Assembly (NCBI GenBank): GCA_910592345.1
Contig: CAJVPI010000202.1
Location: 1 to 42,956, forward strand
Length of the DNA stretch: 42,956 bases
DNA from: Paraglomus brasilianum
Taxonomy: Eukaryota
Reading direction: 5' to 3'
Of this stretch, positions 1 through 12,065 are shown one piece after another (within the stretch, counting starts at the first letter, position 1; each line of letters starts with the position of its first letter). The position numbers and the translations under genes were made by a program. A model generated the notes under the pieces. It was not told the DNA's origin and did not search any database. It saw only the letters and a list, made by a program, of their open reading frames with translations.

Positions 1-1161
1 CAAAGTTTACTTCAATTTCGGTTTCATTACCGTCTCCTGCAAATTATCAAGAGATTAATTTCATAAACGAGACCAATGTCTAGAGAAACCAGTTGTTAAA
101 GAATAACTAACGATCGAATCGCTTCTTCCGTGGTAATATGAAGAGGTTGCGCTCAATATTCTTTACTGTTACACAACAACTAATAAACGTGTTGGTTGAT
201 TTATCCTGAACCTGAAATTGATAGATTTACAAGATATTAATTTGCTGATACATTAAATTTTCAGTATAAACGCTGTCATCTACCTTTCCAAAGATATATA
301 GTAGGCCAGAAATTTCTTGCGCATCAATCCAATAAAATTTGATGGTATCGGATTGGCTCAGGATGTCCGGGTTGACATCCTGAACGTATTCATCAACATC
401 CTGATCTTGGATGAATACATGTTGATCAGGGATGTATGCATCTTGATCCTTGATGACATCCTGAACGTATTCATCAACATCCTGATCTTGGATGAATACA
501 TGTTGATCAGGAATGTATGCATCTTGATCCTTGATGTATACCTCAACAGGTTGTTCCGGCGTAGCCTCCATGCCATCCAGATTTGTTAACAAATTGACCA
601 TAAACATGTCATCCTCGGTAGTTCTATCTTGTTGTTTATTCGATTTATTCGCGGCGTTTGCGAAGAAAGTTTCTAATTTCTTGTTTGGTGGAGATTTAAC
701 TACCTTCCTCGTTTTTTTTCTTCTCTTGCCTGCCTCAGAGAATCAGCGTAAGAATTATTGCAAATGTGAGTATCGATGGATTATTCATGCTTACGGATAC
801 TAATACCTTTTTGCTCTGCGTCTTCATCAGACGATTCAAGATACGGCTCTCCAAAATCATCTTGTCCGTGATCTACGTAGCCAGAGCCGTCATCGTCAAC
901 CACAAATTCATCTTCAAATTCACGATCTCGAAATTTGGCATGATATTCAGCTTCATCGACTTCATCATAAATGTCGTCGTCTTGTACCTGTTTTTAAATT
1001 TCGTGAAACGTTCAGTTCCTATAATCTTGATCTCCTTGGCATTCACCACTTCATACCACCTCATATTTATGTAAGCGAGAATTGCCCCCCGCACTTCGTA
1101 GTTCACGGAAGGTAGCAAATTTGTCTTTGGTTCTGTATTCACGTCGACCAGTAGGCGACAT
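1..1161 (-). CDS. POL1: DNA polymerase alpha catalytic subunit, 5' part (spliced; continues beyond window start)
   Basis: ATG at 1161. Spliced translation MSPTGRREYRTKDKFATFRELRSAGGNSRLHKYE|VQDDDIYDEVDEAEY...FVVDDDGSGYVDHG (Pol alpha N-terminal motif), then KFYWIDAQEISGLLYIFGK|VQDKSTNTFISCCVTVKNIERNLFILPR, typical of Pol alpha. GT-AG introns. Confidence 0.93.
374..535. repeat. 81-bp in-frame tandem duplication inside POL1 exon
   Basis: 374-454 and 455-535 are identical except one base; encodes IKDQDAYIPDQHVFIQDQDVDEYVQDV twice. Confidence 0.95.
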
Positions 1162-1244
1162 CTTGAGTAATAGTTTCTGCAATCTTCGTTATAGCAGAAA
1201 TAACGTATGCAGCATACGAATATCGTACGCGCAACGAAAATCAT

Positions 1245-1250
1245 ACGCGT
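1245..1250. promoter_or_regulatory. MCB-like box (ACGCGT) upstream of POL1
   Basis: ACGCGT ~84 bp upstream of the POL1 ATG; CACGTG at 1269-1274. Confidence 0.55.
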
Positions 1251-2073
1251 AGACGATTAGAATATTAACACGTGATATAATGCACCGTGGTACAAATACA
1301 AGAACAAAATTGTATCGTTTGACATGGTACTGATTTTATCGTACGATTTTAAAACCTCTATTTCTCTTTGAAAGCATGGTTTCTCAATTACCTTACGATC
1401 TTTATGCTGATAATCTTGAAGACAATAATAAATAAAGACGCTAATTCAGCATCAAGATTGACAAACGTGTACGTACCAAATTGATAAACTGTAGAGACTC
1501 TTATCAGGCAAATCCAAAATTTAAAACACTGTATTGCGTATAATGCATATTGGTGTGAATATATTTATACTAAACAGTTATAAGTAAACTTAGTAAAAAC
1601 CCATTACTCAAAAACCCGTGTGTATTAGAAAGAATAATCTGTTCTATACATCGACACAACAAGACATATACAGTCACATTTCTGGAAATTGGTTGTTGTA
1701 GCATTTGCACAAGTCGACGACCAATGTTAGCTCAATATCTGCAAAGCTCATTATCATTGTTCAGGAATATTTGATGTTCATTACCATGCAGCTGACTTGG
1801 AGCGTAGATGCCAAAATGTCAGGGATTGAATGAACAACGTGGAATTTAGTGTCATCCTGCAAATGCCAACGGCATTAACAAGTACTGAAAGAATCAATCG
1901 ATCGACTTGACATTTTTTATGTTATCCATATTAATATATGCTATTAAGAGATTGCATGTGCAAATTAACAAGTCCCGAACTCGAGACAGACAAAAGATGC
2001 ACTTGGAGGATTTATGGAGTCTGACTGTATTCGCAAATATCGTGTATGTAATGAGGAAGACTTTTTTCTCGTT

Positions 2074-2074
<1 letters not shown>

Positions 2075-2119
<45 letters not shown>
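2075..2119. repeat. (TAA)15 microsatellite
   Basis: Directly visible perfect trinucleotide run. Confidence 0.97.
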
Positions 2120-2121
<2 letters not shown>

Positions 2122-2644
2122 TCGCCGAGAAAAACAAATGTGCCGTTTATTGTGACAATACATTTATGATAATTCAGTATGTTAGTACAGTCATAATGCA
2201 CACCCGTGATTTTCATATGATTTTACTGCATGTTTTGTTTACGTCAATTAATAAACACGCTTCAACAAGGATATCAATCCAAGTGAATCGTGCAAGCTTT
2301 ATACAGAATCTTTGTCTTAATTTCAGACAAATAAAATCATTGTAGGAGCGTAAATTACTACTTAGCATTTTTTATGATGATGACGCAAACGGTTTAGATC
2401 AGTAAGTAGATAAAATATTTGAGCATCTTAAACATACCAATGCGTTTATTGAGTAATGTGAAACCCATAAAATGCTGACCCGTCCTAAATGCACGCTCCG
2501 ACTCATTCCTATGGGGGATTGACCGTAGTTACAATGTGTAACAAAAACAAAACGGGTATTTTAATTTTGCCATTGCTCCTCAACATTTTCATGAACAAGA
2601 CTTTATTTGAAAGATAAAACAACCAAATTCATTTGATAAGAAAT

Positions 2645-2965
2645 TAATAAGAAATTCGCTCTCAATTGCAAGCTCACAACATCGCCGTATTGCCTCCTGC
2701 CAAACTAATTATGAGTGTTTTAGGAATATGTTTTACCAAAAATCTCGATAAATTTGAAAGGTTGTAGCCTTAGCTTTTCTACATTGTCTTAATAGTCTCG
2801 CAAAAACTTTGTATAGACTGTTGAAAGGTTGGCCCATAATTTCTGAACATTCTCCCGCAAGAACTCCTTGGCAAGACGACTCGCATGTTTTGAATTACTG
2901 TCTTGTTGAATTGCCAATCAACCCAAGCATCCTGTTAGCATTCCGGGTATGCTTTGAAGGATTAC
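2645..2965 (-). mobile_element. Degenerate Tc1/mariner (DDE_3) transposase 3' fragment
   Basis: Frameshifted minus-strand peptides ANRMLG-DWQF-QQDSNSKHASRLAKEFLRENVQKL ... IPKTLIISLA-RRCCELAIES resemble Tc1 'WxFQQDNDPKHxS..KxFL' and the C-terminus. Confidence 0.75.
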
Positions 2966-3080
2966 AAAAATTTTCGGGGTTTTTTTGTACATTCGATATT
3001 ATTAATGTTAAACGGATTACCCGGAACAGTATTATTATTGTAAGCGTGCTGGCTCGAATGGATAAATTATTCAAAGTTGC

Positions 3081-3266
3081 GTGACTTTTTTTACGCGTTT
3101 TTGTTTTAAAGTTTGAGTTTTGCCTATATGCTTATAACTTTTCATACAGACCATATTTTAAAATTTTGACCGGTAATTTTATAAAACTTATTATGAAGAA
3201 AAATATTAACGGTCAGTTTTAAAAATATAATTTTAAGAAAGAGTTAAAAGGTTTTTAAAGTCATAC
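3081..3266. mobile_element. Degenerate palindromic MITE-like element
   Basis: Imperfect inverted arms GTGACTTT/AAAGTCAT at the ends and TTTTGACCGGTAATTTT / AATATTAACGGTCAGTTTT inside; AT-rich, no ORF. Confidence 0.4.
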
Positions 3267-4412
3267 AATTTTATTGTCGAGTTATGATTTCTGGCACCAT
3301 ATAAATTATTATGAACGTAACCTTGTTTATATCCGCTTAATTATACTAGGCAAGTTTATCTAATTACATTTTTATGTATGTATTTGTGTTAGAGTACGTC
3401 AATAGTTTAACGAATATGGTCAGGAAATATAGTAAAATCAGGCTAAAAATTTCAATGATTCATGGGTACCAATAATACAGTTGAAATAATTGCAGACGAC
3501 TGGCTAAGCAGTTCTTTAAGTATAAGAAAAGTCAAGTATTCTAGCTAGGAATTATTATTTTTTTAGTACAAAGAGAATTTACGACAATTGCGCTATTACT
3601 ATGTAATTCAGCATTTAGACAAACCAGACGTCACTAATAGAATTTATTAACCAATAAAATTACATGATACTATCTATTAGAACGCAATATTCCCAATGTA
3701 GGGATACGAACATTAATTCCAATGCCGAAAGTCAAGGAGAATTAGAACAACCTTTTGCTGGTGTTTCGAGTGCTCACGCTTTCACCCATACTCACGCACC
3801 ATATTACAGAAATTTGTTTAGTTTATTTGTTGCACTCTTTGCTGAGTGTTGGGTCTTTGTTGATAAGATTCCCCGGAGGAGAACAATCATAGCGGATCCT
3901 TTCAGTATTCGATATTCACGTTAACCCATGCAGTGTGAAAATAATCCAGAACAAGACCACGATGCCAAGCATAATAACGAATGTATTAGTAGATATACAA
4001 ACACTATATTAATATTAATATCACGCTTTGTTCATTTTGTCTGGCTGCACTCCCTATCCGGAGCATAATCACTATAAGCCGGCTATTATTATACTAATCG
4101 AGTACGACTCCTCCAGTGGGCTAAACTTGTACTAGTTTTTAATTTCCGCTTTTGTATAACTGTGTTACCTAGTCGACCAATAGAATACTGTTCTGGAAAC
4201 GTAAGCAACCTTTTTGACAAAGGGTCCTAGAAACTCCTCTCTGACTTCTCTGCAAGACACTATCAGATTGGAGATACAGGAGCAACGACTTTGGCTTTTG
4301 CGTTAATTCCTCCCTGCATTCTTTGATCTCTGGAATAATAAGATACAACCTCCTACTCATACGAGTTCCTGTTAAGACACTCTCATCTCATCCCGGTTGT
4401 TTAAAAACCACA

Positions 4413-5150
4413 ATGTCGGAAGGTCATCCCTCAAACGATGATGCTGAAGATTTCAAAGAACAAGACCGATTCTTGCCAATAGCTAACGTAGCACGTATTA
4501 TGAAACGCGCCTTACCGGAGAACGCAAAGATTGCCAAGGAAGCAAAAGAATGCGTTCAGGAGTGTGTATCTGAATTTATTTCCTTCATAACAAGCGAATA
4601 TCCTTTAATATAACCTCATGCAATATATTTCACAAGGAGAACACGTGTTTTTGTTAAATTCGAGTTTCGTAGCGAAAGTTCTTATTTATTAGTCGAAATA
4701 CGTTGTTATTATGTCCTTGACTACGTTCTTGTTGTTACGGCTAGTGATCGCTGTCAGCAGGAGAAAAGGAAAACTATAAATGGTGAAGACATTTTGTGGG
4801 CAATGCAATCATTAGGTTTCGAAAACTATGCTGACGTTTTAAAGATTTATTTGGCGAAATATCGAGAGGTATGTTTGTGTTAAACTAATGGATCACTATT
4901 TGTTTGTGATTAACAAGCGTCAAATATGACTGGTTGACGATTTTCAATCTGTGGCCAATAGACTGTTAAACTAGAGCGATCGTCTGCAGGCTCGAAAGAT
5001 AAAGACGATGATGGTCATGGCGTGAGCCCTTCATTTCAACCGACTCAGACTCAACAGCCACCACAGCAACAACCCCCACAGCAACAACCAGGACCGTACT
5101 ATCCTGGTATGCCATCAGTCACTGGTATACAAGACATCGAACGGCTATAA
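4413..5150 (+). CDS. HAP3: CCAAT-binding factor subunit B (NF-YB/Hap3); exons 4413-4597, 4739-4868, 4962-5150
   Basis: [90 protein letters not shown] is the NF-YB histone fold; Q/P-rich tail. Confidence 0.97.
4598..4738 (+). other. U12-type AT-AC intron in NF-YB
   Basis: 5' ATATCCTTT, branch site TCCTTGAC (4714-4721), 3' ...GTTAC; removal joins GA|G to restore ITSEASDRC. Confidence 0.95.
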
Positions 5151-5284
5151 TTGGGTTCTTAAAATCATTCTCTATCAATTAAAGAATGAAATGGCATTTG
5201 TTCTAATAACGAATTAGTCAATTTATAAATTTTCACTCTAATATACAATCCTTAGTATACAATGTTAATAAGTAACCTGCGAAC

Positions 5285-7054
5285 CTACCCAATATTTCTA
5301 TCAATTTCTACCAAATCCCACGTTTCGTTTCCATCATCCATATCATCATCATCATCATCTGCATCATGGAAGTAGTTGTCATGTATTGCTGTATCATGCA
5401 TGCTGTAATTATTTATTCCATCTTGCCCATCTCTTAAAGCAAACATTGCTTTCACGAGAGATGTGTAATCCAATCCAAACGACTGATCGGGTATATTCTG
5501 ATAAGATGTTAAGTGAGAAGACCTAAATAGAATGTTAACGATGAGTATAAAGATACATATTGATCAAGAGCAATAAAAATAGAAATATACTGTTCCAACT
5601 ATTAAAAATTCTTGTAATGGTTAATCGACATTGTCGCTCCCTATTCGTCAATATAAATACCATTCCTACCTTCCTAGCCCAGCCGCGTTGCAACAAAGAT
5701 ATAAATTCTGCAGGGTATTTGGCACCTTATGGAAGGCAATGTCGACTCCTTGTGTTCGACATAAATAGGCGATATCATAATTCAACATTGCCAACCCTTT
5801 GGTAAATGTATCAACGTTTGTTCCATCCAGATGAAGAGGCCGTCTCCTGTTATTAGAGTCATAGAGTTTAATTAATTGACCGCAGCAACAATGATGTCAA
5901 CAATCATTAGTCATAATTCCATCTAACCAAGAACTCCTTACTGCGAACATGTAATGGAATATTCTCACTTATTAACATACCCGCCAGCCATACCAGAAAA
6001 TGATCCGGTGGCGTATGGAAAAGATCCTTTATCTCGTAGCAAGCGATAGGGAAGCTTCACACCCAGATAATAGGCTGTTAATTGCAGCATGTGTATTACA
6101 TAACCGACTGTTGTGTTTATATCCTCCATTGGATACTCTATGAACCATGAAAAGTTGATATTTACATCTCATCCTTAATAATCTCATTAACTTCAACTTT
6201 GAATATCAAGCAAAATTTACTTTGGAAATTTCCTTTCTTTGGCAATGTCATCCCAGCTATTGAATATTCAGCTTCATCATCAGCACTTCCATTGATCACT
6301 TGTATTATGTCGTTTTCCTTAGCTAATACAGCTACGCCGTTCTCTCGTACCTCAAAGTGATAGTCTTGTGGTCCATTTATCCGTTTTAAATCAAACAGAG
6401 ACACGAGTTCTGCTATTAAAACTCTTCGAGAATGCATAAGCGTCTGATGTTTATTGTGCGATCGTTCTTTAGTATCAGCAATGTCTTTAATAATAGCTGC
6501 CTTTTGATTTGACTTCAGGTTAGCGAAGCATGAAAGAGATTTCTGGAGAACCGCTTTGCGAGTGGCTACGGATTTTTTTAGCATTTCTATTTCTTGACCG
6601 TCTTTCACACATTCGATCGACATCGACGATGATCATTGAAAAGCATAAACGCGCAAAAGTTTTCAAACCGCTTGTCAGTAACCCAGATAACTGATTTAAT
6701 CAATTGCAAAAAGTAAATTTTTTGATGCACTACCTCGTACTATCTCCTCGCGCAGCCGCTCAGTCTCCCTCGCTACTCTCTTTATATTCTGAGTTCTCGC
6801 GTGCTTTTCCGCTATATTTTTGAGTTGATCTCGTAGCCCATTGTTCACTAGTTTACTAGCACGGTCTACATACTTCTGCTTATCTTGTGTGATTTGTTTC
6901 ATATCAACATGGTGTGCTCGTAGTCTATCGGTTAAGAGAATATGTCAGTATTTACTGTACATTCTCGGAGGCTTTACCACAAAAGTTACCTTTCTCGTAA
7001 ACAGTTGATGCAATAAAATTTTCGTTGATAGCTATGGCAGATCTCGCAGTCCAT
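5285..7054 (-). CDS. Atg14/Vps38(UVRAG)-family PI3K complex subunit (multi-exon)
   Basis: N-terminal MDCEICHSYQRKFYCINC (CxxC..CxxC), coiled coil, INTTVGYVIHMLQLTAYYLGVKLPY and RPLHL...FTKGLAMLNYDIAYLCRTQG motifs, acidic C-terminus ending ETWDLVEIDRNIG. Confidence 0.85.
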
Positions 7055-7233
7055 GTTGATAATAACGGCTATTTGGGAAAGTGTAATCGAAAAGGGGATA
7101 ATTAACTGCGCTATATTTATTCGTGAATTTTGTCACACATGCCATAAGCGATGTGCTCACGTGGTCATTGTATATTAATTCAACTAACTCTGCCGCTGTC
7201 TTTAAGCGCAACTTATTGGTAAATCAACTGACA

Positions 7234-7982
7234 ATGGCCGATTACTGGGGATATGCGTATGCCTTGGTGAGTGGTTGTCTAATGCTTGCGCTCTTATCTA
7301 TCAGACATGGCTTGCAAACATGCTCTTACTTTATAGACAATCACTGTGGGCGGAATCTTTGGATATGCGAGGTGAGCATGGGAAATCCGTTAAATAGTGA
7401 TGAGAGGATAGCTATTTCTAACAAATCCTATATCATTACATTTGGTTATTGTCAGAGCTGGTAAGTATATTACAGTCTCGATATTGAAAACGGATATTCT
7501 TATGATATAACTATCAACGATAGGAAGTATCGTATCCTTACTTGCAGGATTGACTTTCGGCGGATTGGCGGTACGAATCGGATAAGTTTCCTTTTGTTTG
7601 ATTACTTCTCCAATTTAATTTTGATTACATTGCAGGGATTCTCGGCATATCGTGTCAGTACTAACTCGAGAAGTGTAGGGTTGGCTCTAGGTGAATTTCA
7701 ATTTTAGCTCGCGCTATAGTTAAACTGCTTGACAGATTGCATCTAGTATTAACACGATTTTGCATACAGCTATCTCTTTAAGTTTATTGGTTGTGATGGG
7801 TACGCGTTTTGCGAGAAGTGGAAAGTTCATGCCAGCTGGATTAGTTGCTGTCTTGAGGTCAGTACACTACTAGTATATCTCGTGTCAATTTCTATTATAC
7901 ATCAGTTCTTATTTTTATTTTATTTTATTCCTTGTTCAGCTTGCTTTCGGCCATAAGATATGGCTACAAATACATTGCTTGA
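7234..7982 (+). CDS. TMEM14-family small membrane protein (7 exons incl. a 5-nt microexon)
   Basis: Spliced: MADYWGYAYAL|TITVGGIFGYAR|AG|SIVSLLAGLTFGGLA|GFSAYRVSTNSRSVGLAL|AISLSLLVVMGTRFARSGKFMPAGLVAVLS|LLSAIRYGYKYIA; GYxxAGSxxSLxAG and RFxxSGKFMPAGL are TMEM14 signatures. Confidence 0.92.
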
Positions 7983-8097
7983 ATACGCTAGCATTCACGT
8001 GACTTGTACAATAATCAAAATGCAATATACAAAAATTAGGTGTAACTGACTGATATACTGTATATCTTTTCATTAAACGAGTAAAGTCGATAGCTAA

Positions 8098-10354
8098 TCA
8101 ACGACGTCTATAATTAGAATCTCTCCTATCATCACGCCGCTTGCTGTATCTATCTCTATCTCTATCCCTATCCCTATCTCTATCTCTATCTCTATCTCTA
8201 TCCCTATCTCCATCTCCATCCCTATCTCCATCTCTATCCCTATCTCTGTCAAAATATTCATATCTCTTTCGTTTCTCCCTATCCCTATCCCTTTCCCTAT
8301 AACTGTCTTGATTCCTACGCTGGAATGCCTCTCCAATATCACTTCTTTGTGCCCTCTTCTCGCGCTGTTCCTCTATGGCCTGTTTCTTTCGCTCTAAAGG
8401 ATCTATTACAACATAATCGTTAGGGTCATCTCTCCTCTGCATTAGATCTTTTCCCTTGTAATCTTTCTCAAAGACAAGCTGGTGTGATAGCCATCCTTCG
8501 TCGGTATCAGTGGCATTTGATTGACCAAACGTGTCACGACATGAGAGACAATTGGGAACAGAGTGAAGAGAACATGGTTCTGTATCCTCTGGCTGTGAGG
8601 ATAATATTATGGTGTCCTCGGCGGCAACGGTGTGTAATTTTTGTTGGAAGCCTCGTAGGCGCTCTAATACCTAAGTGCAGGAAATGAAAAATAGGGTATG
8701 AAAAGGATTACATCAATCTTATTATTTTTTTAAATTGAATATTTGGTAGACTTACATCTGCTTCTGATTTCCTTTGTCTTTTGCCTATTGATGCTTTGCC
8801 TGATTTCATAAACTTCTCTCGTTCGAGTGCCACATAATTTATCTTTTTCTTTTTTTCCTTTTCTGCTTTCTCTGCTTTCTCTGCTTGGGCGCTTTTGGCT
8901 TTGCTCATCTGTTTCAATTCTTCGCTTACTTGTTGGATCTCCTGTCGGATTACATCTCTGAAATATAAATAATCATGTAAAAAGAACACATAAGATTCTA
9001 AACTGCATTGGTTAATCGCGACAACACACCTGTAACATCGATTTGCACATTCCTTACATTTTACTCGAATTCGGTCCCGAGCTATTCTTGAGTTCCTCCG
9101 CTCGTATAGACTCTAGCACTTGTTTCTTTACAGTCTCTTTCATTTTTCTGTCAAAATCCTCGGCTGTCTCATCACCGCCTGAACGATCGATCGCATTACG
9201 TACCCTTTCCTTGGTCTCTTTTAACGTTTTCTGCAACAAAAGCAGTTAATTTATAGGCTCCATATTGATCTGGTGCTTCTTAAAAATGCTCACCTCCTTG
9301 TCCGTAAAATCAAAAGCTGCCACCTCTTTACTGAGTCGCGGATCATTCTCCACTAAATCATGACTGCTTTTGATTCCACCATTAATGTCCTCCAATTCAT
9401 TCGCCTCATCCCCAAATGATAATAGGGCAACATTTCTAAACAGTGTAGATGAAAATCAGAGACAATTGTTATACCAAAACCGCCATCGAATCTCGTAAAC
9501 ATACTTCTTGGCTTTCTTTTTTTTTGGCTTTTCCTGACTTGCGGCTGTAGCCTCTGCAATCCTTCGCTGCTCCTCAGCTGTTATTCTCGGAATTATATCA
9601 TCAAATGGATTATATAACACTTCTGTAGATATTATAGTCGTCGGATACAACGGTCTCTCGTCATTATCGATTTCAGCCTCCCCCATTTTAATCACGTTGA
9701 AGATCGTATCTCCAGCAACCTTTCCAAAAATCGTGTGTTTGTTTTGCAACTCTTCTGTGCGATCAAGCGTTATGAAAAATTGACTACCATTATCATTACT
9801 CCCTGCATTGGCCATGGCAACTAGTCCACGACGTACGAACCGTAAGCGACTGTGGAATTCGTCGGCAAACGGTGATCCATATATAGAACTTCCGCCTACA
9901 ATGATAATAAATTTTCACATTCATTAGATGCTTACGAGGGATGAACAGATTCATGGGCAGAAAGATGTGTACTTGCCGCTTCCCGTTCCAGTTGGATCGC
10001 CACCTTGTATGATGAAACCCGGAACTGCAAAGGCGCGAGAGATCGCATTCAGTCGGTAAATCATAAACTATCTACAGACTCCAAATTGATCACTCACCCA
10101 ATCTGTGGAATATAGTTCCATTATAGTAACTTTCAAGACACAGCTGGATGAAATTTCTGCATGCTTTAGGTGTTTCTTTTGACCATAGTTCTATGTCAAT
10201 GTCACCTGCTGTTGTATGGAGCACAACTTTGCCACTGTTTAGTAGGCAAGCTAAGTAAGTAATCTCAAAAATACAAAAGAAAAAACCACACCCAAGTTAA
10301 GTCAAATCGAAAATTATACTTTGTCAGCGGCTCCTGTATGTAAATATTACTCAT
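8098..10354 (-). CDS. CWC27: Spliceosome-associated cyclophilin CWC27
   Basis: [80 protein letters not shown]...[17 protein letters not shown]...LLSFGDE...[12 protein letters not shown]...[11 protein letters not shown]...[13 protein letters not shown]-repeat tail. Confidence 0.95.
8148..8300 (-). repeat. Coding hexamer repeat (GATAGR)n giving an Arg-Asp dipeptide tail in CWC27
   Basis: TCTATC/CCTATC runs on the + strand; translation [20 protein letters not shown]... Confidence 0.9.
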
Positions 10355-10477
10355 GGCTATTTGAGTCTACTTTGGAAGAAGTAATATTAATATGGCGCAT
10401 TTATAGGAAATTCAAAATTTCGAGATTGATCGACACGTGGTACATGCTTTGTTATCTTCTTACAACTGGGAAAGAGT

Positions 10478-11035
10478 ATGGTGGTAAGTACATTGTTGTA
10501 AACATTAAACTTGTTGTTACAAATGTTCTTACAAATCCTTTTATTGTAGTTCTACGAGTTGCTATGTATAGCGCGAGCAGGTTTATCTGAAGTAATTATC
10601 GATATACTCTTCTCGAAGTTTGTTTTTAACTTTTAGTAGCACTCACTCCAATCATTGTATTCGAAGGCCAATCTGAAAGATTTAGTCAGAACTTCGGCAA
10701 AATACGTACTTAACAATGGAGGCGCTGTGAGGGGATTTTCCAGTTGGGGGACGCTTGCTCTTCCTACACGAACGCGTAGACATCAAGAATACCATACTGA
10801 GGGATAGTATGTAACGTAATTGACTGCTATGAGTTGCTTCGCCCCAGGGTTCTATTTACTCATACATTGTTTTATTCATTTCAGTTACTGGTTGATGCAT
10901 TTTGACACTAATCCAATAATTGTTCAAGCATTACAAAAGAAGTTTAAAACTGATCCACGTGTAATAAGAGGCAATATTATTAAGCTGGGAGAGAAATTGG
11001 AAGACATTGTAGAGCGGCCAGATAAGACACGATAA
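10478..11035 (+). CDS. MRP17: Mitochondrial ribosomal protein bS6m (Mrp17/MRPS6-like)
   Basis: Spliced MV|FYELLCIARAGLSE|ANLKDLVRTSAKYVLNNGGAVRGFSSWGTLALPTRTRRHQEYHTEGY|YWLMHFDTNP...DPRVIRGNIIKLG; S6 motifs YEL, GGxVR, DPRVIR. Confidence 0.9.
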
Positions 11036-11237
11036 ATAAAAGAGTATGGGCATGAGTGAAGATGTGGGAATCACTTGTATTTGATTGTTATCGACTCTTT
11101 TGTTAATTTACAAGTTACCAGAACTTCTAATGGGAATAATCAACACGAAACTAATCAATTAATCCACGCTCACTGCGTAGCTACTCGCAATCCCATTAGT
11201 AATTACGATTTTTACTTCCTGCCCTAATCTTTCTAAC

Positions 11238-12065
11238 TCAATCGATTCCTTTGATGAGAGCCACAATCATTCTACATATCAAGAAAGGGAAGTTAGTTTC
11301 CACCAACAGTTCTGGTCAAATAAAAAATACAGTGATAATATGCAGCGATATTCATACCTGTACAAATAGTAGAAGAATGAAACGAGATAAAATCCGAGCT
11401 TAGCGAAGCATTCTACCTTGTGACGTCCAAGCGTCTGGAATATTTCCGTAGCATCATACATATGCCGCTTGTGACTAATTCTATGTTTAACGGACGTTAA
11501 AAATATGTTGATAGATGGTTCTCATAGATAGTCGATGGTTTCACTTACTTATGCACATTATATGCAATCAACGGAATGTTGAAGACAAGCGCAATCCAAC
11601 TTCCATTGATAAAGAACAGAAAGGTGAGAAAAACATGGACCAACATTTCTGGAAGTACAAACTAAATAAGATGTCAAATTAAATCCATTGAAAACAAAGA
11701 AGCCAAAGGTCTACAACATAGAAATTACCTGGTTCAATTTGTTACATAGATCAATAGGGTTGATATAATCACACTCTAGATCTGAAAACATAATTGTCTT
11801 TGAGAACACCCCAATTCGTTGAGTTAAGCGTAGAGATATTAGAATAAATTCAATTAATTATGGTAGAAAGACTACATGAATCCCTCACCATAAATCAGGT
11901 GGGAATTAAGAGAAACAAACGATTGCATGACTAATAGATATAAGTTGAACTTGGGGACAACACGGTACGTTTCTCTCAAATAAAGGATACGAAAAAAACC
12001 ATTATGAACAACAATACGGCAGCTATAATAGTGCCAAATAGAAAGAGTAAGGCTTCTCCAGGCAT
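11238..12065 (-). CDS. ERV14: Cornichon / ER cargo receptor Erv14 (5 exons)
   Basis: [57 protein letters not shown]...|[11 protein letters not shown]...[25 protein letters not shown]; DLExDYINP is the cornichon signature. Confidence 0.95.
11798..11990 (-). other. Probable U12-type GT-AG intron (first intron of ERV14)
   Basis: 5' splice site GTATCCTTT; branch-like CGCTTAAC ~26 nt from the 3' AG; no polypyrimidine tract; phase-0 removal restores [11 protein letters not shown]. Confidence 0.85.

Noticed and set aside
1894..2216. ORFs with poly-Y/poly-I; likewise the poly-L ORF at 19506-19724
   Set aside because: Artefacts of the (TAA)n and (TTG)n microsatellites.
7532..7541. GTATCCTTA resembling a U12 donor in TMEM14
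   Set aside because: It is coding sequence (IVSLL of the family motif).
11127..11199. CTAATGGGA...TCCCATTAG inverted repeat between MRP17 and ERV14 (SECIS or ncRNA?)
   Set aside because: Only a 9-bp stem, no SECIS core, and neither flanking gene needs UGA recoding.
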